Shown here in pieces: positions 1-12,964 of a DNA stretch of 64,000 bases. The notes beneath the pieces are model-generated. The model had not been told where the DNA came from. It made no database searches and worked only from the letters and a program-made list of their open reading frames with translations. Source of the DNA: Octopus bimaculoides. Lineage: Eukaryota. Position numbers and translations under genes: made by a program. The stretch lies in contig NC_068991.1 in NCBI RefSeq assembly GCF_001194135.2, positions 8,996,259-9,060,258 of the forward strand, written 5' to 3'. Every line of letters begins with the position of its first letter. Position 1 is the stretch's first letter.

Positions 1-454
1 TGATTACATCAAACTCTTAGGTGTGTGGCTCAGAAATTCTGGTTTTTCTATAGTATCAAGTTATGTTGTTTACATTCTCTATTCAAATGCTGCCATAATT
101 TGGACTTAACCTCTCATTCTCCCAGGTGTCAGCAAAATTAGTATCGGTTAAGTATTCAGCGGGCAGAATCATTAGCATGCTGGACAAAATGCTTAGCAGC
201 ATTTTGTCTGTCCTTACATTCTGAGTTCAAATTCTGCCGATGTCAGCTTTGCCTTTCATTCTTTTGGGGTTAATAGATTAAGTACCAGTGAAATACTGGG
301 GTCGATGTAATCAACTATTCCCCCCCCCCCCAAATTTCAGGCCTTGTGCCTATAGTAGAAAGGATTATTATTATTATTATTATTTTGTTGGTTTTATTTT
401 TGTTCCTAATGAATTGTTTCCTAACCATCACTCCCATGTGTTTTTGTTCTCCAG

Positions 455-542
455 ATAAAAGCAACAACAAAATTTTCATCTTGATGGAAGCACGGCTGTG
501 TTCTCTCTATAGAAGTGAAGAAGAATACACCATTCTTGAAAA
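455..542 (+). CDS. IARS1: IARS1 first exon in window (CP1 region); upstream exons lie outside the window
   Basis: ccag acceptor, AA|gtaatt donor; (D)KSNNKIFILMEARLCSLYRSEEEYTILE resembles human LILMEARLSALYKLESDYEILE (recalled). Confidence 0.9.
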
Positions 543-2214
543 GTAATTCAACTCTCTCACAGTGTCTTTGGCTCCCACTTAGACTATTTCTACCTTTCTC
601 ACCATCTCTCACTCCCTCTCTCTGTTTAACCTCTTATCTTTCTCTCTCTCTCTCTGTATGACTGACACTGTTGATTTGACTAGCTGTGGTTTTACTGGCA
701 CAGCTATGGCTGTGTAGTTAAGAAGTTTGCTTCCCAAGCACATGGTTTGGGTTCAGTCCTACTGCATGATACTTTAAGCATCTTCTTCTATAACCTTAGG
801 CCAGCCAAAGCCTTTCAAGTGAATCAGGTAATGGGAAACTGAAAGATGCCTGTCATATATTTATATCAAAAGGATGTTATAAAACTATTCCGCACATACA
901 ATAACTGCCATACCAACAATCCAACACACCCCCATCATCAGCTGCTACACAGATATCATTATGGTTTCAACACCTGGGCAATAACCATTCAATCTGGCGG
1001 TGTCAACAGCTGTAAAAGAAGTGTTGTTTGGGAACAAACACATACCAAAAAAAAAAAAAAAGAAGAAACAACTTTCAAACACATTTACCCTATGTACAAC
1101 AGTATTCAATCTAAATATAGGCCGGATTAAAAGCTTTAAAATTAAACTATAACAAGAAACACATAAATCTATGTACATTTGTATCGGTATTGATATTAAA
1201 CCTACAGTAACTAAATTAAATACAAAAATAAGAGGAAAGGACCAGCAAAAGTGGACTCCTATATGCTAGAAAGAGATGCCGAATCATCTAACCATGAAAA
1301 ATATGTTCTCTATTTCTAGCATATAGGAGTCCACTTTTGCTGGTCATTCCTCTTATTTTTGTATGTAATATAATTTTAATCTTCAAATTTTTTTAATATG
1401 CTAGACCACTGGTTTTAATTGATTAATATCAATTTCTACCCTTATTAATAAATTGTAACTAAATTAAATGTATATAAGTATATATATGTGTGTGAATGTA
1501 TGTTTGTGTCTCCTTGTCTTGGCGTTATGTGATAGTTGTAGATGAGTGTCACTGTTGTCCAAGCAGTGTCATTCATTTCCAATATTTTGGTTAAAATTGT
1601 GTGGCTGTAGGGAAGTATTACCTCACTTGGGAACTGAAGGTTAACAACAAGAAGGGCATCTTACCAGAGAAAATCTACCTCAACAAATTCTGTCTGACCC
1701 ATGCAAATAAAGTGGAGGCACATGGCTTAGTTTGTTAGAGTGTTGGATTTGTGATCATAAGATTGTGGTTTCAGTTCCTGGACGGGGCGATGCATTGTGT
1801 TTTTGAGCAAAACACTTCAATTCAAATTGCTCCAGTTCACTCAGGTGGTAGACATGAGTAATCCTGTGACAGACCAGCATCCAGTCCGGAGAGGAATGCA
1901 TACACCAGCGAAACCAGGAATCCAGCCTCCTGATGGAGTGATGTGGATTTGCCAGCCATGCAAGCATGGAAAAGTGGTTGTTAGAATCCTGGTGGTGATG
2001 GTGACCTTTCTTTTCCTGTTGTAGAAAGGATATGAAATCCCAGTTGTCCTACATTAACCACATAGCCTGGCATTCATTCACTCAACTATTTCTCCAACTA
2101 AATATTTCACGATGTTTTAAGTCCAAGTTTGTATGTCCATTAGAATTAGTCTCACTAACCTCATTAATCATCTATTTGATTAATTTACAAGTTTATTATT
2201 ATCTATCTTTCTAG

Positions 2215-2275
2215 GTTCAAGGGTAAAACACTGGAAGGAAAGAAATACAAACCATTGTTTACTTATTTTGAATAT
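2215..2275 (+). CDS. IARS1: IARS1 exon
   Basis: ctag|G...TAT|gtaagt; FKGKTLEGKKYKPLFTYFEY; not in ORF track; phase fits both neighbours. Confidence 0.92.
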
Positions 2276-2516
2276 GTAAGTTGAGCTTGTTTGTTGTTTT
2301 GTTGTTGTTGTTGTTGTTGTAGTGAAGGCACGTGGTTTAGTAGTTAAGGTTTTTGGCTTGTGATCGTAAGGTCACGAGTTCAATTCCTGGCTGCATATTG
2401 TGTCCTTGAGCAAGACATTTTATTTCATGTTGCTCCGGTCTCCTCAGCTGGTAAAAATGAGTTGTACCTGTAATTCAAAGGGCCAGCATGCTGAATCTCC
2501 CTGGGAACTACCTTAA

Positions 2517-2733
2517 CCCTTTAGCATTTAAACCAGAATATAGGGCCCAAATATTCTACCGATTTCATGTTCAAACTCACCAGATCCAGCCTCTTACACC
2601 TGCCCTACAATGTTATTCTAAAAATAAACAATCACTTCATCAAAATCTGAAAGCTCCGAGATAATGCATGATCACTTCAAAACAGTATGAATAAATAAGC
2701 ATTGCATTTGACAATAATCTGAATGCTAAAGCA
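2517..2733. mobile_element. piggyBac-type MITE nested in a SINE
   Basis: TTAA|CCCTTTAGCATT ... AATGCTAAAG(CA)|TTGA; interrupts the SINE at its TTAA site. Confidence 0.7.
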
Positions 2734-3146
2734 TTGAGAGTACATTTGTCTGTGGAATGCTCAGCCACTTGTACATTAATTTTATGAGCAGGCTGTTCTA
2801 TTGATCAGATCAACTAGGACACTTGTTGCCATAACCGACAAAGAGCTAGGCCTGTTCTTGATGTAAATTGTCCCAGCTGTGGTTGATGATTGCATCAGCC
2901 GTGATTCGAAGCTGTCTCAGCATCACTTACTTCATGACTGTCACACCTGTATCCTCATTCTATCATTAAAAATTCTCAGATGTTTATTGATTTTCAATGA
3001 ATTCTGAATTAACTTTGTTCCACTTTACACGTAAACTTCTGTCACTGCATCATGCATGTGTGTGTGTGTGTGTGTGTGTATGAATGTATGTACACACACA
3101 CACACTTGTCATTGTTTTTTACATATATCTAACATATAACTTACAT

Positions 3147-3190
<44 letters not shown>

Positions 3191-3911
3191 TATACACTCT
3201 CAAACACATGCACAGCCCCTCACCCACAAACAGAAACACATACACACTCCTGTCATAACCAACCACTTGTTGTTTTACCATCATATGAGTTTAAGCTTTT
3301 CCCTTGACAGGTGAATAGGCTAACGAGATATAATTTACAAAATATAATTAATTGCAAAATTTTTCTCCAGTTACCAGTCATTTAATACTCAGATTTTATC
3401 TTTTGCTTGTTTCAGTCATTGGATGGTGGGCATGCTGGGACACTCCCTTGAGGGGATTTGGTTAAATAAGTATGGTGAGGTTGATCCTATCAACCCCCGT
3501 ACATATTTTTAAATGTGGTACTTATTCTATTGGTCTCTTTTGCCAAACTGCTAAGTGCCCCTCACCATTGCCTGACAACTACAGTTGTGAAGCATTGGTG
3601 AGAGACAATCACAAAGACATCCAACATACACATATACAATGGGCTTCCACACTGGTTCCATGTACCAAATTCACTCACAATTCAAAACTTATGAAAACAA
3701 GACATTTGTACTCAGAGCCAGAGTCGGTTTCAGCCGGGTTGGTAACGAAAGGGTTAATGAGAAGCTATGATAGATACTACTTATGCTCTGAGTGTTTAGT
3801 TCAATTGACTTATAACCCTCCCCTCTTTGCAATAAATCTGTTGTTTTAAATTCAATATGAAAAATTGTTATTGTTGTTTTCTTGTCATTTGTTATTTTTT
3901 TCTTCTTTTAG

Positions 3912-4010
3912 ATGAGAGAAAAAACCGGCTGCTTCCAGGTGTTGTGTGATGGTTACGTCTCTGCCGAGAGTGGTACTGGAGTTGTACAGCAAGCTCCCTA
4001 TTTTGGAGAG
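3912..4010 (+). CDS. IARS1: IARS1 exon, CP1 editing GTG motif
   Basis: ttag|ATG...GAG|gtgagt; MREKTGCFQVLCDGYVSAESGTGVVQQAPYFGE. Confidence 0.96.
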
Positions 4011-5445
4011 GTGAGTTCTCTCTCTCCTCCCCTCCTTATCTCCCTCCTCTGTCATTCACACACACACACACACACACATACACTGTTTAAACCTCTTTAG
4101 TTCTGCACAGTACTAGTCAAATGGTTGTGTGGTTAAAATGTTAGCTTTGCATTCAAGTTTGATTTCATTGCATAACACCTCAAGTGACTGTCTCAAGTGA
4201 GTATCTCAATCCTCAAGCTGACCCAAGCCTTGAGAATGAAACTGGATAAGCAGATAGACCATCAGAAAAAAATATTTTTGCTGTTCCATCTTTATTTATA
4301 TATATGTGAAGATGTATATTACTATATTTGAGAGCATAAAAGACACATGAACATATTAGATGCACCCTAATTTCATCAGTACATATTCAAGAAAAAAGGT
4401 TTTACTGTGTTACGTTAAAGTAAGTAATATAGGCCCAACTTCACTTGTAGGACCTGGGATGATTTTGTTTGTTTGTTTTTTTTTTTAGACATGTTTTTGC
4501 AAAAACTACATCTTAGATACCATCAAATATAGTAATTTTTGAGTATAAAACTTACGTACCTCTGTTGGATATCTGTCATGGTATAATTCCTGTAGTTAGA
4601 ATGTTATATTGCTTTGCCGGGCGAAATACTTAGTGGTATTTCGTCTGCTGCTACTTTCTGAGTTCAAATTCCGCCGAGGTTGACTTTGCCCTTCATCCTT
4701 TCGGGGTCGATTAAATAAGTATCAGTTACACACTGGGGTCGATATAATCGACTTAATCCGTTTGTCTGTTCTTGTTTGTCCTCTCTGTGTGTAGCCCGTT
4801 ATGGGCAGTAACGAAATAAGAATGTTATGTTGCTTTTGTTTATAATTTGAAAGAGATTTTGCTGTTAATTATTTCACTCATGTTGAGCTACTACATAGGA
4901 GCTCCTTTTATGGCTTGTTCTTCCTCATTTGTGTTATAACACAGAAACAAATAATGATATCGTGCTCAGAAAATTATTCTATTTATGAACGACAAATATT
5001 GCAATAATTCAAAAATGAAATGTGAAATGGTAGACAGTAATCTCAGTTGTCCATGGTGTAAATGAACAAGACAAGCGTCATGTGATAAAAAAGAATAAAT
5101 CCATGAAAAGAGACAATTTATAAAATGTCACCTGAGAGAGTCAATAAAAGATGCCTCCTGATTGGATAAATAAAAGATGCCTCCTGATTGGATAAATAAC
5201 TACAATGTTGGAGTAGGAAAATGTCACATGACAGAATCATGCTCTCTGATTGGATGAACAAAAATTGACAATTAATAAACAATATGTTGTTGGGGCAACT
5301 GGAGTAGTTTTCAATTTGTTCAAATGTTGAGAAAAAAATTAATTTAGGGACCATTTTTTATCTTCAAGTTTACATCTGTTGTGTCCAGTCTTAAACATTT
5401 TGGTAATGTATGTGTTGTTATTCTTTACTCCTCTCCTCTTCACAG

Positions 5446-5568
5446 GATGATTACCGAGTGTGTTCCAGTTATGGGCTCATCACAAAAGACATGCCAAGCA
5501 TCTGTCCAGTGGATGCTTGTGGACAATTCACCAGTGAAGTGACAGACTACAAAGGAATCTATATCAAG
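5446..5568 (+). CDS. IARS1: IARS1 exon with editing-site Asp
   Basis: cacag|GAT...AAG|gtaggt; DDYRVCSSYGLITKDMPSICPVDACGQFTSEVTDYKGIYIK. Confidence 0.96.
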
Positions 5569-5795
5569 GTAGGTGTTGGTTTCATTGATAAGTTAGTCCA
5601 AAGAGAAAGCAACAGAGCCCATGTCCTTCACTGTAAACCCTCCAAGACTTGTGAGATTAACATAGAGTTTGAACTGAACAACTGAAAGTAAATGTCTGGA
5701 TGGAAATAGGAAGTGTCTTTATTGTTACACTCTTAAGGATATTGGTTTCATTTTATTTACCTTCACTTCACATCTCCATTTCTCCCACCCACTAG

Positions 5796-5887
5796 GATGC
5801 TGATAAAGACATTGTCAAATACCTGAAGAGCCAAGGTCGTTTGGTACACCAAGGAACTGTCACTCACAACTACCCCTTCTGCTGGAG
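5796..5887 (+). CDS. IARS1: IARS1 exon
   Basis: ctag|GAT...AG|gtaaga; [30 protein letters not shown]. Confidence 0.96.
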
Positions 5888-6361
5888 GTAAGACTTGACA
5901 TTTCCTTGAAGATCTTTGCTTTTGTTGTTGGTGTTGTTTAGCTCCAGATCATCTCTTTGTATAGCTAGGACTGCATTGTCCAAAGTGTTCTTTTTGAAGT
6001 TAGTAGAGTGCATTTGAGGGAAGCTTGGCTGCTATTTCTAGCAAATCAAGTGTCCACATAGAGCTCCCTCATTCACTCTTCATTGCATTCTCTTGGGGTT
6101 AAGTTCAGATCTTAATAGTGAAACTAACATTGAGGATGGTATTAGAATAGATAAATGTGGTCTAATTGTAGGTAGGACTTCTGTGGAGAGTTACAAATAT
6201 GGTAATCATAGACGAGAAAATTATCAGACTGGGTCTTGGTAAAACTTTCCATCTTCTCAACTTTCAGATGAAAGCCTGATAAAAGTGACCAGTTGTTTCC
6301 TAATACTCTAAATCTCTCTCTTTTTTTCCACTGTCTCTCTTTCTCATCCCTCAATATTCAG

Positions 6362-6460
6362 GTCTGATACACCATTAATCTACAAAGCAGTGCCAAGTAT
6401 ATTTATCAGAGTAGCAGAACACGCTGAGAATCTGTTGAAATGCAACCAAGAAACCTACTG
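6362..6460 (+). CDS. IARS1: IARS1 exon
   Basis: ttcag|G...TG|gtatgt; RSDTPLIYKAVPSIFIRVAEHAENLLKCNQETYW. Confidence 0.96.
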
Positions 6461-7707
6461 GTATGTATGAAGTTTTGTCCAATTTATCAACCATTACATG
6501 TTTCTATTAAAGCACAGCAGCGTTAAGACACTTAACTGTTAACTTCATGGTCGGGACAGCACCTTACCATTTCTCCTTTTTCATCTTCAGTTAACCTTTC
6601 TAATATCACCCCCACCTTAGACTGCCCTTAGTCCTGTGATACAAACTTCCTGTTTTAAAGGGATCTAAATAAAAAATTTCCATCAAAACTTCATGTTAAT
6701 TTATGTTCTACACACCTGCTTAAATAATAACAAAGTTAATTTAGTAACTTCTTCGTTACTTCCATAATTAATTGAAGCAAAACTGTATTTCGGTAGAAAT
6801 GTTGTAACAAAAGTGCTAAAGTGTTATAAACTGAATAATTATATTTGTCAGTTTTCACAGGCATTGAACTTGGCCAGATCTTCTAGAAACTTATGGATTA
6901 CCTGTTGTAAATGTAAACTGGCTATAATTTCTAACAGGGCAAGCTACCTTGTGGAAACTCTCCCATTGTTAATTAACATTACATCAACCCTGGTTGAGTA
7001 AACTTATCATCAAATGTATTTCAGCCTTGACTATCTCATCTATTATTCAATATACTCCAAACTAAGTCCATTTAAAAAAAAATAAAATGCAGTTGCACAT
7101 GGTTTGAGAGGGATTTAACTGTTATTTTTAACAAATTGAATGACTATGTAGAAGGTGTGTTGTTGACTCCATAGTTTCATGAATTACTGTGAACTCCAGA
7201 TAACTCTTTGAATTAACCTGTGATTAAAGACATTAACCATGGCCATCCCCTATGTTTTTAAAAGTGTATTGGACTACATTTCATAATGTATTATTTCCTA
7301 ATTTAAGATGGTAGGCTTTGTGGTTCAAGAACAATTTGGCTGCTATTTCTAGACAATTGTGCAACCATATAGAGGCTTTCTTGTTTGTTCATGGGCTCAA
7401 GTGGTGTGAGGTAACATGAGTTCCGAAGTTTCAAGCAGGTACTTTCTTTTCCAAAAGAATCCTTTGCTGGCTTCACTTTCGAATTAAAACAATTTTATTT
7501 GTTGGTGATGCATACTATCATTTGTTGAGGTTTTTTTTTTTTCAGATTTTAACACATTTTACTTTATTAATCATTAAATTCATAACACACACACACACAC
7601 ACACACATGCATTCATGCACATTAACATACATACATGCATGTATATTAACACATATTAATGTGCATGCATTTGTGTGCCTGCACACAACCACACACATAT
7701 ATGCGTG

Positions 7708-7738
<31 letters not shown>

Positions 7739-7780
7739 CATTTACCCTTCTAGAAGTCTCTCATTTCTTTTTCTCAATAG

Positions 7781-7907
7781 GGTTCCAGATTTTGTGAAAG
7801 AGAAACGGTTTGCCAACTGGTTGAAAGATGCAAGAGACTGGGCAGTATCAAGGAACAGATACTGGGGGACCCCAATACCCCTCTGGGTCAGTGATGATGG
7901 TGAAGAG
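7781..7907 (+). CDS. IARS1: IARS1 exon
   Basis: aatag|G...GAG|gtattt; [42 protein letters not shown] (class Ia SRNRYWG motif). Confidence 0.97.
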
Positions 7908-8028
7908 GTATTTATTATGAATATATGTCCTTTTACTCTTTTATTCTTTTACTGGTTTCAGTCAATGAACTGGCACCATATTTCTACGAACAGCCAACCA
8001 CTACTATGGTAATTTTCGTTTTTTGTAG

Positions 8029-8102
8029 GTTGTCTGTATTGGTAGCCGAAAAGAATTAGAAGAGCTCACTGGAACAGTCGTCTCTGACATCCACAGAGAC
8101 AG
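8029..8102 (+). CDS. IARS1: IARS1 exon
   Basis: tgtag|GTT...AG|gtaggt; VVCIGSRKELEELTGTVVSDIHRD. Confidence 0.95.
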
Positions 8103-8122
8103 GTAGGTGCTGACGGTTTTGT

Positions 8123-8575
8123 TAGTCAGATGGGGAACTTGTATGTGTTTGTGTGTATTCATGTGTGTGTGTGCTTTGGTGCATATTTGTTAGTCGGATG
8201 GGGAACTTGTATGTGTTTGTGTGTATTCATGTGTGTGTGTGCTTTGGTGCATATTTGTTAGTCGGATGGGGAACTTGTATGTGTTTGTGTGNNNNNNNNN
8301 NNNNNNNNNNNNNNNNNNNNNNNNNNNNNNNNNNNNNNNNNNNNNNNNNNNNNNNNNNNNNNNNNNNNNNNNNNNNNNNNNNNNNNNNNNNNNNNNNNNN
8401 NNNNNNNNNNNNNNNNNNNNNNNNNNTGTGTTTGTGTGTATTCATGTGTGTGTGTGCTTTGGTGCATATTTGTTAGTCGGATGGGGAACTTGTATGTGTT
8501 TGTGTGTATTCATGTGTGTGTGTGCTTTGGTGCATATTTGTTAGTCGGATGGGGAACTTGTATGTGTTTGTGTGT
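8123..8575. repeat. 68-bp minisatellite spanning an N-gap
   Basis: Unit ttagtcggatggggaacttgtatgtgtttgtgtgtattcatgtgtgtgtgtgctttggtgcatatttg at 8123, 8191, 8259, 8471, 8539. Confidence 0.95.
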
Positions 8576-9768
8576 CTTCGTGTGTGTGTGTGTATGTATC
8601 TTGTTATGTATGTATCTTGTTATGTATGTATCTTGTTATGTATGTATCAATGTTAATGTGTACATTTTGGTGCATGCTTATGTGTTGTGATATTTGTATA
8701 AATGTTAATGTTTACTTCGTCCTTCCTTTTTGCAAGATGTTAGCAATTGATTTGAAGAAGATTTGGCTATTATTTCTAGCAGGTACTGTAACCACATAGT
8801 ATATATGAGTAAGTGCACCTTAATGTATTCATAAGTTGGTAGGATGTGATTTGGGGGTGATTTGGCTGAAAAGCCTGTCCATGCTGCTTCAAGAAAACAG
8901 TCAAGCAATGGCAATGTTCAAAATCAAGTTGCAAACATCATGAACATGTATAAGTGCGTTCATATGTATACAACATTCATATGTATACAACCTCGTCCAA
9001 CCCATGCTAGCATGGAAAGCGGACGTTAAACGATGATGATGATGATGATGATGATGTTTAATAACTGTGAGTCAATTTGTATGTATTAATACATTGTCTA
9101 TGTTTTTGTGTGTGTATAAATTCATACAGACGTGTTTATTGATGTTTAAAGGGATTTTGTAAACAGTTGTATGTGTGTGTATGCATAAATAAGTAAATTT
9201 GTATGCATGTATACAGTGTGTACATTTTCTATACATTAATGTATAAGGAAATTTGTTGGCATATATTAATGTGTGTATAGGTGTGTGTGTATGTAAATTT
9301 TGTATTAAGACAATACTGTTTGTATTTATAAATGTGTATGTATGTACAGTGATACATGAGTGGATTTCTTTATAGTAGTGGTTGTCTCTCCATTTGGTCA
9401 GATGTTTGTGGATAGAGGTCAACAGGGTCTGGAGCAATTGTATGCGTCAGTGGGCAAATGAAAGAAAGGGCACTCAACGCATTCATTGGGAGTTACACGT
9501 ATGGATCAAATCCCCCACTGGCCTGTTGAAAAGTCCCTTTTGGGGCTTGGAAATTTTAAGTAGCATGAAATCTGAATCAAACTGTTTTGATCCATATATG
9601 TAACTCCCAATAAATGTATAGAGTGCTCTTTCTTTCGTGACATGTGTGTGTATGTGTATAATGTATATGTGTGTGTCTTTTTGTGTATGATGTTTGTATA
9701 TGTAGATGTGTGATTTGTCTTCTTTATGACGCGACCTGTGCAACATGTCTTTTCTTTCTATTCTGTAG

Positions 9769-9963
9769 CATTGACCATCTAACAATCCCATCCAAACAAG
9801 GTAAAGGGGTGCTTCGGCGTGTGCCAGAAGTGTTTGACTGCTGGTTCGAGAGTGGCTGCATGCCCTACGCCCAGGTGCATTATCCTTTCGAGAACAAAAA
9901 GGTGTTTCATGAGACGTTTCCAGCTGACTTCATTGCTGAAGGTATTGATCAGACACGTGGATG
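9769..9963 (+). CDS. IARS1: IARS1 exon
   Basis: tgtag|C...TG|gtaagt; [65 protein letters not shown]. Confidence 0.97.
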
Positions 9964-10580
9964 GTAAGTGGACTATCGTAGCAATCACAATGTTATCTTT
10001 CTCAGGCATGGCTGTGTGGTTAAGAAGCTTGTTTTGTAACCACACGATTTTTGGTTCAGTCCCACTAAATGGCACCTTGAGTTAAAGTGTCTTCTACTAT
10101 AACGCCAGGCTGACCAATGCCTTGTGAGTGGATCTGGTTGACAGAAACTGTGTGGAAGCTTATCATATATGTATGCATAGGTGCACACGTGTGTGCATGT
10201 GTATTGGGGTAATGACACCAACGCCTATTTATGTCCCTGTGACTTAGCAGTTCAACAAAAAACACAGAATAAGTATCAGACTTAGAAAAATAAGTACTGG
10301 GGTTGATTTGCTTACCTAAACCCTTTAAGGCAGTGCCCCAGCATGGCCATAGTCCAATGACTAAAACAAGTAAAAAATTGCTGTTGCTGTAGTGGTGGCC
10401 ATGGTTGCAGTGATGGTGGTGAATTTTGTGACCATCTCCTCTTGTAATTACAGTTATATTGTCTAGTAGAATCTTTCCATGTGTTCCAGTCTGATTTGAG
10501 AGAGATCTGGCTGCTATTTCTTGCAAATCGAGTGACCACACTGAATCTTTCTATGTTGACTTGTGATTTGTTGTCTATAG

Positions 10581-10860
10581 CAGGGGTTTTCAAACTTTTT
10601 GACTTGCGGACCCCTTTATATTTCAGGCTTTACCTTAGGGACCCCCTTATAAACACTTTATGAAATTTATACATAAATATTTGCTTAAAATAACATATAT
10701 TTTTACATTTATTTATTTAACAGTATTTAACAAATAGGTTTATTGTCAATTAAAAGATTTCGATTAAAAACCATATATAAAATCAAATTGCCCATAAAAA
10801 GTATTTGCTGTCCACGGACCCCCTGTCTTGTCCTTGCGGACCACAGTTTGAAAATCCCTG
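10581..10860. mobile_element. hAT-type MITE
   Basis: TIRs CAGGGGTTTTCAAAC / GTTTGAAAATCCCTG (14/15); perfect 8-bp TSD GTCTATAG. Confidence 0.9.
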
Positions 10861-11309
10861 GTCTATAGAAGTGGTTCTTGAAGTAGCTGTGTTTGTTGCT
10901 GGCTCAGTTTTTGACAAATACATAACCAAAAGATTGAGTGTGTGTGTGCATGCACTTGTGTGTATGTGGGGAGGTAGGTGCGGGAGATTGGATTTAAAAA
11001 AAAAAATCAATGCAACATAATTATGAACATTAGCTTCATCAGATATTTTGTTCTTAATGAACATTCCAATAGGTCAGTGTTAAAATTAATTTCTGTTCAG
11101 ATCTTCAGTGTGCATAGAAAAGGCTGGGAAAATTTGATTAGTTCTTTGAATTAAATCTATAAAAATTGATTACATTATGGATTAACTCTTTGAATTTAAG
11201 CATGGAAAACCAAACATTGGTGAGTACTGTATTTAGTGATGCTATTATTCAAAAAACATACTTATACATAATAGTTTATTGATGTGATGTTTTATTTTTT
11301 TTCTCACAG

Positions 11310-11396
11310 GTTCTACACCCTGTTGGTCTTGTCCACCCTTCTGTTTGGAAAACCACCATTTAAAAACCTCATCAGTAATGGTCTCGTACTTGCTCA
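11310..11396 (+). CDS. IARS1: IARS1 exon
   Basis: cacag|G...CA|gtgagt; FYTLLVLSTLLFGKPPFKNLISNGLVLA. Confidence 0.96.
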
Positions 11397-11855
11397 GTGA
11401 GTAAAAAACAGCTTTCCATTTTCATTTTAATGTGGTCAGAGTTTACTTTATCTATGTTAATCTTTTGCTCTAAAGCAAAGTATAAACACCTTTTAAGGAC
11501 TTGAACAATCTCTGTCTTTACCTGTCAAGTATCCATATTTCTGTTATGGGATCCTTAACCCTACGAACATATTGTTAATAATTCTTACTGCTGCTTCAAA
11601 TGCTACACTGTTATGAGAAAAAAACGTCAAAATTGAAAGGTTAGGCCATCTCAAAGAACTCTTTACATTCGAAATTATTGCATGCAAGTAATAATAATTC
11701 TTTCTAATTTTGGCACAAGGCCAGCAATTTTAGTGGGAGAAGGTAAGATGGAAGGCAAAGGTACCCTTGGTGAAATTTGAACTCACAATGTAAAGAACCA
11801 GAAGAAATGCTGCTTAGCATTTTGTCCAATCATCATCATTTAATGTCTGAACCGT

Positions 11856-12238
11856 GGAGGCGCAATGGCCCAGTGGTTAGGGCAGCGGACTCGCGGTCAT
11901 AGGATCGCGGTTTCGATTCCCAGACCGGGCGTTGTGAGTGTTTATTGAACGAAGACACCTAAAGCTCCATGAGGCTCCGGCAGGAGATGGTGGTGAACCC
12001 TGCTGTACTCTTTCACCACAACTTTCTCTTAGTCTTTCTTCCTGTTTCTGTTGTGCCTGTAATTCAAAGGGCCAGCCTTGTCACACTGTGTCACGCTGAA
12101 TATCCCGAGAACTACGTTAATGGTACACGTGTCTGTGGAGTGCTCAGCCACTTGCAGGTTAATTTCACGAGCAGGCTGTTCCGTTGATCGGATCAACTGG
12201 AACCTTCGACGTCGTAAGCGATGGAGTGCCATAAAAAA
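11856..12238 (+). mobile_element. Young tRNA(Arg)-like-headed SINE (family A), full length. Related copies at about 1725-1965, 2322-2840, 20030-20325 (+) and 13250-13480, 14036-14251, 52300-52540 (-)
   Basis: A-box TGGCCCAGTGG (11866), B-box GGTTTCGATTCC (11909), TCG in the anticodon-like loop, non-tRNA body, CpGs retained. Confidence 0.8.
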
Positions 12239-12413
12239 TGTCCAGACCTTTAAAATACTACTGTGGGTCCCCAATTTATTATATTGCTTGTAGGGATCTC
12301 CCAAAAATTTTACATGGACCTCAGTTGAGAACCACTGCTTTACATCATTTATGTTTTTTTTTTTTTTGTCCATACCAATCTTAATATCTGGTTGTTTTGC
12401 ACCTATTTTACAG

Positions 12414-12497
12414 AGATGGCCAGAAGATGAGTAAACGCAAGAAGAATTATCCAGATCCTCTGGATATTGTCAACAAATATGGTGCTGATGCTCTCAG
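12414..12497 (+). CDS. IARS1: IARS1 exon with KMSKS signature (KMSKR)
   Basis: tacag|A...AG|gttagt; [27 protein letters not shown]. Confidence 0.97.
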
Positions 12498-12964
12498 GTT
12501 AGTCTACTGTCTTTCCATCTACTGGATGTCACTGATATATAAAATCATCACAATACTTCCAACCTCTCATCTGTCTGACAAGACACACTGTTACGCGTAT
12601 TGAGTACTTTATCATTTTACATAAAAAAGAGAGAGTGGCATTTAAATATGTTCTTTACACTATATATACTGTATATAGACATAAAAACTACTGATAATAG
12701 TGCCATGTAAAAAGCACTGGTGACATTGCCCCATATAAAGCACCCAGTACACTCTGTAAAGTAGTTGGCAGTAGGAAGGGCATCCAGCTGTAGAAACCAT
12801 GCCAAAACAGACAATTGGGGCCTGGTGCAGCTCCTGTCAAACCATCCAGCCTATGCCAGCATTGAAAATGAATGTTAAATGATGATGATGGTGATGGACA
12901 CTCTCTCTCTCTCTTTCTCACATGCACACGCACACATGTACATGTACCTCTTTCACTGTTTCAG

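Noticed and set aside
3912-3914. ATG as IARS1 start codon
   Set aside because: Internal Met directly after an acceptor; in-frame upstream exons exist and the HIGH motif is not in the window.
9855-9860. FESGCMPY (Cys for Ser) in IARS1 as a functional anomaly
   Set aside because: Position is recalled as variable (Ser/Ala) among IleRS orthologues; conservative change.
11856-11930. tRNA-Arg gene
   Set aside because: A/B boxes are present but there is no proper acceptor stem or terminator; it continues into a multicopy SINE body.
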